Below, piece by piece: positions 10,687-18,982 of a DNA stretch of 64,000 nt. The first letter of the stretch is position 1. Each line of letters starts with the position of its first letter. A program made the position numbers and the translations under genes. The stretch lies in assembly GCA_965200225.1 (NCBI GenBank), contig CBDATM010000001.1, positions 516,846-580,845 of the forward strand. The letters are read 5' to 3'. The DNA is from Gammaproteobacteria bacterium. Its GTDB lineage: Bacteria; Pseudomonadota; Gammaproteobacteria; Steroidobacterales; Foliamicaceae. The notes below the pieces were generated by a model that saw only the letters and a program-made list of their open reading frames with translations, ran no database searches and had not been told where the DNA came from.

Positions 10687-13600
10687 ATGCAGCATCTTGT
10701 GCTCACCCCTCCCTGCCCCAAGCGCGGCACAGGCCTGCGGCGGCTTGTCGTTACGCTGCTTTCCCTCACCGCGCTCGTCGCCAGCCTGCTGCCGACTGCG
10801 GCGCAGGGGCAGACGAAGCCGACGGTGTCGAGCATCGATCTGATTGCTGGCAAGTTCGATTACAACGCCTATGCGGGCCCTCACTATAAACAGGCGTGTA
10901 ATGAACCGGAGTGTACGATCTGGATAGCGGTGACGTTTAGCGAAGAGATCGACTTCCGTAACTCTGGGGCGAGTGCGGCCAAGCCGACGCTCTCCCTGAT
11001 GATAGGGGACCAGACACGGGAGACTTCGATTAATTACTTGTACAGCGCAAACCAGCTTATCTTCGGCTACAAGGTGGCGGCTGGTGATGAGGGACGGGTC
11101 CGCGTCGGCGCGAACGCGTTGCGGGACAACGGCAACACCCTGTACCGGCGGAGCGGAAGCGCGGACAATACGGGCGATCATGCGGACCTGAGCCATGCGC
11201 CGATGGACCTCGGCCACCGGGTGGGCGGCCCGACCCGCGTGACGAATCTGAAAGCGGAGTCGGCGGGCGACGGGAGACTGAAGGTCACCTGGACGGCGGC
11301 GACCTACGCGCCCCGGGGCTATCGCCTGTTCTATCGGGAGAACAAGGAAGGCGGCAGACAGGAAAAGTGGGCTTCGTCGGTTTCGGGCACGGTGATCACC
11401 GGCCTGACGAACGGTCAGGGATACACGATTCGGGTGGATACGCTGGATGACGACGGCAATGCCTTGGACAGCACGGCGGTGTACACCACCGGCACGCCAG
11501 GGGGGCCGACGAAGGTGGCGGACCTGAAAGCGTCGCCGGGCAATGGGCAACTGACGGTCACCTGGACCGCGGCGACCTCTGCGCCGAGGGGTTATCGCCT
11601 GTTCTATCGGGATCGTGGGACGAACATTCAGAAAAGGTGGTCTTCGGCGGAGTCCGGTACGGTGATCACCGGGCTGAAGAACGGTCAGGAGTACACGATT
11701 CGGGTGGATACGCCGAATTACGACGGCAGGAACTTGCACCACTCTAGGACGGCGGTGTACGCTTCCGGCACGCCAGGGGTGCCGACGCAGGTGACGGACC
11801 TGAAAGCGGCGCCGGGCAACGGGCAACTGACGGTCACCTGGGCCGCGGCGACCTATGCGCCGAGGGGCTATCGCCTGTTCTATCGGGAGAACAAGGAGGG
11901 TGGCCGTCTGCTGAGGTGGACTCCGGCGGTTTCGGGCGCGGTGATCACCGGCCTGACGAACGCCCAGGAGTACGAAATTCGGGTGGATACGCTGGATGCC
12001 GGGGGCAATGCCGTGGACAGTACGGCTCTGACCGCCGTCGGCACGCCGGATGGACCGCCCACCCGCGTGACGGACCTGTCGGTCGAAGCGACCGCCAGTG
12101 GCGAACTGAACGTGAGCTGGACGGCGGCGACCTATGCGCCGAACGGCTACCGGCTGCGCTGGCGCAAGACGAACGGCGGCTTCAACGAGGGCCAGAAGCT
12201 GGCGGTGGACACGGTGTCGCACAAGATCACCGGCCTCGAAGACGACACGATCTACCGGGTGCGCATCGACAGTCTGAACGCGGACGACAGCCTGGGCTCG
12301 GGTACGGCGGCCGCGAAGGACGGCAGGACCCGGTCGGGGGCCGCGCCGCGCCGCCTGACGCTGGCGGCGGGCACGGCGGCCGGCAGCATCGACGTGTCCT
12401 GGACCGCAGCGACCAGCGCGCCGAACAACGGCTACCGGGTGCGCTGGCGCCAGAGCGGCGCGACCGAGCTGAGCGTGGGCGAGGTGGTGCCCTCGGGAGC
12501 GGGCACTTCGTACACGATCACAGGCTTGGCGGCCGGGAAGAAGTATATCGTTCGGGTGGACACCCTTGACAGGGTCGGCAATATTGTCGCCAGAGCCTCG
12601 GCCAGTGTGTCGCTCAAGCTGGCGGGCAACCCCCAGGCGCCGACCATCACGGACATCAAGCTGATTGCCGGACAGTTCGACGGCGCCGCCTATGCGGGCG
12701 GTCCCTACAACACGGGCGATACGATCTGGGTGTCTGTGAATTTCAGCGAAGACGTTGCCATACGCAGCATTTCAGGGAGTCGGCCTACGCTCACTCTGAT
12801 AATCGGGAACCGGGAGCGGAAAGCGACGGAGCAAGGCCTATATGACGGGACCGAGCTCCGCTTCCGCTACAAGGTGGCGGCGCAGGATGCGGGACCGGTC
12901 CGGGTCAAGGCGGACAGCCTGCGGGACAACGGCAGCACCATTTACCGCCGCGGCAACGGCAACGGCAACGGCAATGCCGAAGTGGACCAAGCGGTGCTGA
13001 CCCACGACGGGGTGGACACGAGGAGCCGGGTGGGGCGGATCTCCCGCGTGCGCGGCCTTGAGGCGGTGGCGGGCGACGGGTCGCTGGGCGTGAGCTGGAC
13101 GGCGGAGGCGGACGCGCCCCACGGCTATCTGGTGCGCTGGCGTGAGCGTGAGGAGGGCTCCAGTCTCAGCGCGGGCGAGACGGAAAGCGGCACGCACCGC
13201 ACGATCACGGGCTTGGAAAACGGCAAAGCCTACGTAGTGCGGGTGGACAAGCTGGACGCGGACGGCAATGTGGTGAGGGCCACCAACTCGGCGGTGGCGG
13301 GCACGCCGGCGGAGGCGGGCGCGCCGACGCGGCCACGCAACCTGCGGCTGGCGCCGGGTGCGTTAGCCGGGACGATCGACGTGTCCTGGGATGCGGCGCT
13401 CACCGCGCCGAACGGCTACCTGGTGCGCTGGCGCGAGAGCGGCGCGACTGAATTGAACGCGGGCCTAGGGGTGCCCTCGGGCACCGCCCACAGGATCGCG
13501 GGCCTGGAGGTCGGGAAACAGTACATCGTGCGCGTGGACACCCGCGACAGGGACGGCAACGCCGTCGCCGGGGTGTTGGCGAGCGCCTCGGCGCCTGCGC

Positions 13601-15381
13601 CGGATGTCCCGGCGGAGATCGTAGTGCACGACGCGCAGGGCGATGAGGGGAATTTTATCGATTTCCCCGTCGAGCTCTCGAAGAGTTCGACCCGGGAGGT
13701 TCGGGTGCGCTGGCGCACCGAGCCGGGGACGGCGCGGGCAGGCAAGGACTACGAGTCCGGCAACGGCGAGCTGGTGTTCACGCCGGGCATCAAGCGGCAG
13801 ACCATTCGGGTGCAGACCCTGGACGATACCCACGACGACTCGGGCGAGACCTTCCGGGTGTTGCTGTCGAACGTCCGCGGAGCGGAGCTCCGAAGCGATC
13901 GCGGGGCGATCGGGACCATCCGCAATGACGACCCGATGCCGGCGGGCTGGCTGGCGCGCTTCGGCCGGGCGGCGGCGGAGCAGGTGCTGGACGGGATCGC
14001 GCTGCGCATCGCGGCGCCGCGGACGCCAGGCCGACAAGGAACGCTTGCAGGCCGGCCGGTCGGCGGCGCGGCGCCAGATGGGGCGATCAACATCCATCCC
14101 GGCGCCCCGTCGGCGTTCGGGGGCAGCGTGGGAGGCTTCACCGGCGGCTACGGTAATGGCATGGGCGGCGTGCCGCCCCACGCCCACGGCGGGCGCGGCA
14201 TGGCGTTCGGCGAGCTGCTGGCCGTGAGCAGCTTCGCTCTGGTCGGCAAGGCAGACGGCTCCGGGCGCAGCGCCGCCCTCTGGGGCCGGGGCGCGCGGTC
14301 GAGCTTCCACGGCATGGACGGCGTGGCCAGCATGGACGGCACGCTGACATCGGCGACCCTGGGCGCGGACTACGGTGGCGGCCGCTGGCTCGCGGGCTTG
14401 GCGCTGTCGCGGACGGTGGGCGAGGGCGGTTACCGGCAGCCGGGCGCGGGCGCGGGCTGGATTCGGGCGACCCTGGGCACGGCGGTCCCCTACGCGTCCG
14501 TAAACGCCTCGGAGCGACTCAAGCTCTGGGCGGCGGCGGGCGGCGGATCCGGCGCGCTGACGCTGATGCCGGAGGGCGGGGCGGCGGCCGAGACGGGCAT
14601 CAACTGGCGCATGGCCGCGGCAGGCCTGCGCGGCGACCTGTTTGCCGGCGGCTCGGGTCTCGCGCTGGCGTTCGTCCTGGACGCGCTCTGGTCGCGGACG
14701 GCATCGGACCGGGTGGAGGCCTCGGGCGCGGCCACCAGCCTGACGGCATCCTCGTCGGCGACCTCAAGGCTGCGGTTGGGCCTTGAGGGTAGTTGGGCGC
14801 TGCCCTTTGGCCTGACACCGAAGCTGGAGGCGGGGGTGCGGCGCGACGGCGGCGACGCGGGCTCCGGTTTCGGCGTGGAGCTCGGCGGCGGACTGGCCTG
14901 GAACGCCCCTCAATTCGGCTTAAGCCTCGACCTCTCGGGACGCACCTTGCTGGCCAGCGGCGCAGTTGCCGAGGGCGACAGCGGCTTCTCAGCAGCTTTG
15001 AGCTACGACCCAGGCCCAGCCAGCCCCAGAGGCCTGTCCCTGACCCTGCGCCAGCACTTGGGCGGCTCCTCAACCGGCGGCCTGGCGGCCCTGTTCGCCT
15101 CCGACCTGTCGAGCGGCGGCTTCGGCGGCGGTCAGAGCCGCTGGACGACCGAGGTGGCCTACGGCCTGCCCGCCTTCAGCGGACGCTTCACGGCCAGCCC
15201 GACGGTGGGCTACGGCGGCTTCAATGGCGGCCGCGATTACAGCCTGGGTTGGTCCCTGGAGCCCGCAGCGGACGCGGAAAACGCCCCAGACCTCTCCTTG
15301 GGCCTGCGTGCGACCCGCCGCGAGTCCATCGGCGCGCCGGCGGACCACGGCATAGAGGTTGAAGTCCGGGCCCGCTGGTAA
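10687..15381 (+). CDS. Large surface protein: 2 Ig-like domains, 7 FN3-like repeats, Calx-beta and an autotransporter-like beta-barrel
   Basis: Signal peptide (AAQG). Repeated L.V.W.A...GY...YR...ITGL.NG..Y.IRVDT FN3 units. Calx-beta-like GTARAGKDY...LVFTPG...DDSGETF. Amphipathic beta-strand C-terminus ending in W. Confidence 0.8.
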   Translation: MQHLVLTPPCPKRGTGLRRLVVTLLSLTALVASLLPTAAQGQTKPTVSSIDLIAGKFDYNAYAGPHYKQACNEPECTIWIAVTFSEEIDFRNSGASAAKPTLSLMIGDQTRETSINYLYSANQLIFGYKVAAGDEGRVRVGANALRDNGNTLYRRSGSADNTGDHADLSHAPMDLGHRVGGPTRVTNLKAESAGDGRLKVTWTAATYAPRGYRLFYRENKEGGRQEKWASSVSGTVITGLTNGQGYTIRVDTLDDDGNALDSTAVYTTGTPGGPTKVADLKASPGNGQLTVTWTAATSAPRGYRLFYRDRGTNIQKRWSSAESGTVITGLKNGQEYTIRVDTPNYDGRNLHHSRTAVYASGTPGVPTQVTDLKAAPGNGQLTVTWAAATYAPRGYRLFYRENKEGGRLLRWTPAVSGAVITGLTNAQEYEIRVDTLDAGGNAVDSTALTAVGTPDGPPTRVTDLSVEATASGELNVSWTAATYAPNGYRLRWRKTNGGFNEGQKLAVDTVSHKITGLEDDTIYRVRIDSLNADDSLGSGTAAAKDGRTRSGAAPRRLTLAAGTAAGSIDVSWTAATSAPNNGYRVRWRQSGATELSVGEVVPSGAGTSYTITGLAAGKKYIVRVDTLDRVGNIVARASASVSLKLAGNPQAPTITDIKLIAGQFDGAAYAGGPYNTGDTIWVSVNFSEDVAIRSISGSRPTLTLIIGNRERKATEQGLYDGTELRFRYKVAAQDAGPVRVKADSLRDNGSTIYRRGNGNGNGNAEVDQAVLTHDGVDTRSRVGRISRVRGLEAVAGDGSLGVSWTAEADAPHGYLVRWREREEGSSLSAGETESGTHRTITGLENGKAYVVRVDKLDADGNVVRATNSAVAGTPAEAGAPTRPRNLRLAPGALAGTIDVSWDAALTAPNGYLVRWRESGATELNAGLGVPSGTAHRIAGLEVGKQYIVRVDTRDRDGNAVAGVLASASAPAPDVPAEIVVHDAQGDEGNFIDFPVELSKSSTREVRVRWRTEPGTARAGKDYESGNGELVFTPGIKRQTIRVQTLDDTHDDSGETFRVLLSNVRGAELRSDRGAIGTIRNDDPMPAGWLARFGRAAAEQVLDGIALRIAAPRTPGRQGTLAGRPVGGAAPDGAINIHPGAPSAFGGSVGGFTGGYGNGMGGVPPHAHGGRGMAFGELLAVSSFALVGKADGSGRSAALWGRGARSSFHGMDGVASMDGTLTSATLGADYGGGRWLAGLALSRTVGEGGYRQPGAGAGWIRATLGTAVPYASVNASERLKLWAAAGGGSGALTLMPEGGAAAETGINWRMAAAGLRGDLFAGGSGLALAFVLDALWSRTASDRVEASGAATSLTASSSATSRLRLGLEGSWALPFGLTPKLEAGVRRDGGDAGSGFGVELGGGLAWNAPQFGLSLDLSGRTLLASGAVAEGDSGFSAALSYDPGPASPRGLSLTLRQHLGGSSTGGLAALFASDLSSGGFGGGQSRWTTEVAYGLPAFSGRFTASPTVGYGGFNGGRDYSLGWSLEPAADAENAPDLSLGLRATRRESIGAPADHGIEVEVRARW

Positions 15382-15527
15382 AGGCCCCGCGTCATTCAGG
15401 CGAGGGCTGGACGTCATCGGACCGAAGACATCCAGCCCTTGCGCTCCCTGGAGTTAAGGAGACACGCATTTTCGGGCTTCAGTGCGATGTCGGCGTGACA
15501 TCGCCTTTGGGATCATTCGACTGCTAG

Positions 15528-16007
15528 CTACTCGGTTTGGGTGGGCTTCCTGCCGGCAGTCTCCGGAGCCTGGGGGACATTCTCCGGAATGACGATTTCG
15601 AGTCCGCCGGGGGTCTCACGCACGTAGTCCTCGATGGGTATGAGGGTTTCCGGATCGGGCATGAGGATTTGGCCGCTGCGCAGTTCGCCTTCGTCCACGA
15701 GAAGTTCGCCGCTCGCGATAACCGGTGTGTCGGGGCGTATTGTGGGCAGCGGGGGCGGGATCGGACCCTGCGCTTCGGCCTGCGCGATTTCCTCGGGCGA
15801 TGCGAGGCGCACGGCATAGGTCACCAGGCGCACGAAGCCCTCCTCGTATTCCTCCTGGAACATGGCGCCCAGGATCAGCAGGCCCAGCACGACAAAGCTG
15901 GCGATTACCGCCGAGAAGCCGAAGCGGAAGGCCGCCCGCCGCCGGACGCCCGAGTCGGCTTGCGGCGCGGAGCCGCCTGCGGGCGGGCGCAGGCGTTTCT
16001 GTTTCAA
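15528..16007 (-). CDS. Hypothetical single-pass membrane protein, Pro/Glu-rich
   Basis: One hydrophobic helix (FSAVIASFVVLGLLILGAMF). TTG start overlaps the msrB stop (TTGA). Confidence 0.55.
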   Translation of the reverse strand: MKQKRLRPPAGGSAPQADSGVRRRAAFRFGFSAVIASFVVLGLLILGAMFQEEYEEGFVRLVTYAVRLASPEEIAQAEAQGPIPPPLPTIRPDTPVIASGELLVDEGELRSGQILMPDPETLIPIEDYVRETPGGLEIVIPENVPQAPETAGRKPTQTE

Positions 16008-16393
16008 GACTTGTTGAACCGCAGCGACGCGGAATTGATGCAGTAACGCATGCCGGTGGGTTGGGGGCCATCGGGGAAAAGGTGGCCCAGATGTGCCCCG
16101 CACTGCGAACAGACCACCTCGACGCGCTGCATGCCGTAGCTGTGGTCCGCGTTTTGCGCGACCGCGCTGTCGCAGGCGGGCTCGAAGAAGCTGGGCCAGC
16201 CGGTGCCGGAATCGAACTTGGCGTCGGAACGGAACAGTTCGGCGCCGCAACAGACGCACTCGTAGGCCCCGGTTTCCTTGTTGAACAGCAAGTCGCCGCT
16301 AAAAGGCGCCTCGGTGCCCTTTTCCTGCGTTACCTGGTATTGCTGCCGCGTCAGCCGCTCGCGCAGTTCATTCTTCTTCGGGGCCTTGTGCAT
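16004..16393 (-). CDS. msrB: Peptide-methionine (R)-S-oxide reductase
   Basis: KGTEAPF, GTGWPSF, HLGHLFPDGP and RYCINSASL motifs; two CxxC. Confidence 0.95.
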   Translation of the reverse strand: MHKAPKKNELRERLTRQQYQVTQEKGTEAPFSGDLLFNKETGAYECVCCGAELFRSDAKFDSGTGWPSFFEPACDSAVAQNADHSYGMQRVEVVCSQCGAHLGHLFPDGPQPTGMRYCINSASLRFNKS

Positions 16394-16429
16394 GGGGGCA
16401 TTGTAGACCGAGCCCGGGCGGGAGGGGCG

Positions 16430-18379
16430 TCAGGCTTCGAGTAGGCGATTTACGCGGCGCACGAAGTCATTGGGATTCGTCAACTCCCTGCCCTGAGTGA
16501 GCATGGCCTGCTCGTGAAACAAACGGGTCAGGTCCTCGAACATCCCGGCGTCCCCCTCGCGCAGCGCCAGCCGCTTGAACAGTGCGTGGCCGGTGTTGAT
16601 TTCAAGCACCGGTTTGCTGTCCGGCAGTTCCTGTCCGCTGGCTTTGAGGATCCGCTGCATCTGCACGCCCATCTCGTGCTCTCCCAGAGCCAGACAGGAC
16701 GGCGAGTCGGTCAGCCGTGCGGTGGCCCGCACATCGGAGACCTCTTCGCCGAGCACGCTCTTCATACGCTGCAGCAGCCCCGCAACATCCTCGGCGTCAA
16801 CCTTCTGCGGCACTTCCACCGGCGCCGTGCCCGGAAGTTCGTCGGCCGCCAGGGCGCCTCGCGTAACGTCGCGGAAACGCAACTCCTCGTAGGCGCCCAG
16901 GTGCCCTACCACCCATTCGTCGATCGGGTCCGACAACAGCAACACTTCCAGTCCCCGCTGCGTAAAGATCTCAAGCTGGGGGCTAGAACGGGCCGCCGCC
17001 GGGCTCGCCGCCGCGATGTAGTAGATCTCCTTCTGGTCCGCCGGCTTGCGTTCGACGTAATCGGCCAGGGTGGCCTCCTGCTCATCGCCCTCTGAAGCGG
17101 TGGTCGCAAACCTCAGCAAAGCCAGTATGCGCTCCCGGTTGGGGGCGTCCTCCACCACTCCCTCCTTGAACACCCGCCCGAATTCCTTCCAGAAGGTCCG
17201 GTAGCCGTCAGCGTCGTCGCCAGCCAGCCGGTCCAGCATGTCGAGCACGCGCCGCGCAAGCGCCACGCGCATCGCGTGCACATCGTCGTTCTGCTGGAGC
17301 AGCTCGCGGGACACGTTGAGCGGCAAATCCTTGCTGTCCACCACGCCACGCACGAAGCGCAGGTATAGCGGCAGGAACTGCTCGGCGTCGTCCATGATGA
17401 AAACTCGCTGCACGTAGAGCTTCACGCCGCGCGGGGATTCGCGGTTGAACAGGTCGAACGGCGCCCGGCGCGGAACGTAGAGCAGGCTGGAGTACTCGCG
17501 CCGGCCTTCCACCTGGTTGTGCGCGTAGCAGAGGGGGTCCTCGCTGTCGCGGGCAATGTGACGATAGAACTCGCGGTATTCCTCGGGCTTGATTTCGCGC
17601 TTCGGGCGCGTCCACAGCGCCTTGGCCGTATTCACCACGTCCCGGGCCGGCTCGCCCTTGTCTTCCTGTTCGCCGCCGCCTTCGCCGCCGCCTTCGCCGC
17701 CGCTGTCCGTCACCGACGGCATGGTTACCGGGAAAGCGATGTGGTCCGAATAGCGCTGGATCAGCGAACGCAGATGCCAGGCTTCCGCAAACTCGCGCTC
17801 CTCGTCCTTCAGGTAGAGGCGGACCGAGGTGCCGCGCCGCTGCTGCATGATGGCCTTGACGGTGAACTTGCCTTGGCCGTCGGAGGACCAGTAAGCGCCG
17901 GCCTCGGCGGGCAGGCCCGCGCGCCGCGTGCGCACTTCAACGCGCGAGGCCACGATGAAGGAAGAATAGAAGCCAACCCCGAACTGTCCGATCAGTCGCG
18001 CGTCATGTTGTTCGTCGCCCGACAGATTGGCGAGAAAATCGCTGGTGCCCGACTTTGCGATCGTGCCCAGTTGCTGAACCACTTCCTCCTCGGACATGCC
18101 GATCCCGTTATCGCTGATTTCCACCCAGCCCTCATCGGCGTCAAAGTCCACCCCGATTGCAAGCTCGGTGTCCTCGCTCAACAGTTCGGGTTTGGAAATG
18201 GCCTCGAAGCGCAAGCGATCGCAGGCGTCGGACGCGTTCGATATGAGTTCGCGCAGGAAGATGTCCTTGTGGCTGTACAAGGAATGGATCATCAGCTTGA
18301 GAAGCTGGCGCATCTCCGCCCGGAAGCTTCGGGTGCGGGTCCTGCCGCGGGACTTTGTGGTTGGGCCGTTTGTCGGCAT
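16430..18379 (-). CDS. htpG: Molecular chaperone HtpG (Hsp90)
   Basis: FLRELISNASDA, DNGIGM, IGQFGVGFYS and LPLNVSRE motifs. Confidence 0.97.
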   Translation of the reverse strand: MPTNGPTTKSRGRTRTRSFRAEMRQLLKLMIHSLYSHKDIFLRELISNASDACDRLRFEAISKPELLSEDTELAIGVDFDADEGWVEISDNGIGMSEEEVVQQLGTIAKSGTSDFLANLSGDEQHDARLIGQFGVGFYSSFIVASRVEVRTRRAGLPAEAGAYWSSDGQGKFTVKAIMQQRRGTSVRLYLKDEEREFAEAWHLRSLIQRYSDHIAFPVTMPSVTDSGGEGGGEGGGEQEDKGEPARDVVNTAKALWTRPKREIKPEEYREFYRHIARDSEDPLCYAHNQVEGRREYSSLLYVPRRAPFDLFNRESPRGVKLYVQRVFIMDDAEQFLPLYLRFVRGVVDSKDLPLNVSRELLQQNDDVHAMRVALARRVLDMLDRLAGDDADGYRTFWKEFGRVFKEGVVEDAPNRERILALLRFATTASEGDEQEATLADYVERKPADQKEIYYIAAASPAAARSSPQLEIFTQRGLEVLLLSDPIDEWVVGHLGAYEELRFRDVTRGALAADELPGTAPVEVPQKVDAEDVAGLLQRMKSVLGEEVSDVRATARLTDSPSCLALGEHEMGVQMQRILKASGQELPDSKPVLEINTGHALFKRLALREGDAGMFEDLTRLFHEQAMLTQGRELTNPNDFVRRVNRLLEA

Positions 18380-18409
18380 GACTAATGGCTGCGAACGAGG
18401 GGTTGCGAA

Positions 18410-18952
18410 CTAGGGATGAATCGTGATGGGGGTGCCGATGGGAGTCATCATCCAGATCTCCAGCATTGCGGAGTTGCTCACGGAGATGCAGCCGTGGGTC
18501 CAGTCGCGCGAGGCGTAGTAATCGCGGTCGCGGCCATTGTCCGGGCGTATGGGGCGGCCGTGGATCATGATGAGCCCGCCGGGAGAGACCTCGGCCTCCG
18601 CCGCGCGGGCCCGGTCGGCCTCATCGGGGTACGAGATCTGAAGAGCCAGCATGTACTCGGAATCGGCCTTGCGCACCGAAATGTGATAGTCGCCTTCGGG
18701 CGTGCGGTAGTCGCCCTCGCGCATCTTGTGGCCCCTGGGCGCCAATCCGAGAGCAATCGCATAGGAACGCACGGTCTGTCCATCCTTGATGAGATATAGC
18801 CTGCGAAGCGATTTATCAACCACGATCGAATCGATGGTGGGCAGGGTTTCCTGCGCCAGCGGCGCGGTAACGGCCAGAGTCAGCCCGGCAAGCAGTCCGG
18901 CTGCCATCCGCATGATGGGCGCAACAAAGCGGCCTCGGCCTGAGCCTCGCAT
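18410..18952 (-). CDS. L,D-transpeptidase family protein (YkuD)
   Basis: EGDYRTPEG, IMIHG and DWTHGCI catalytic His/Cys motif. Confidence 0.85.
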   Translation of the reverse strand: MRGSGRGRFVAPIMRMAAGLLAGLTLAVTAPLAQETLPTIDSIVVDKSLRRLYLIKDGQTVRSYAIALGLAPRGHKMREGDYRTPEGDYHISVRKADSEYMLALQISYPDEADRARAAEAEVSPGGLIMIHGRPIRPDNGRDRDYYASRDWTHGCISVSNSAMLEIWMMTPIGTPITIHP

Positions 18953-18982
18953 CTCAATAGCAGCTATTTGCGGGACAGCACA

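Noticed and set aside
11224-12050. Diversity-generating retroelement TR/VR pair in the FN3 repeats
   Set aside because: Differences are not adenine-restricted, include indels, and no reverse transcriptase is present.
17668-17703. 12-bp tandem repeat in htpG (EGGG) and the GGCAAC repeat near 12950-12975
   Set aside because: In-frame low-complexity linker expansions with no sign of a switch function.
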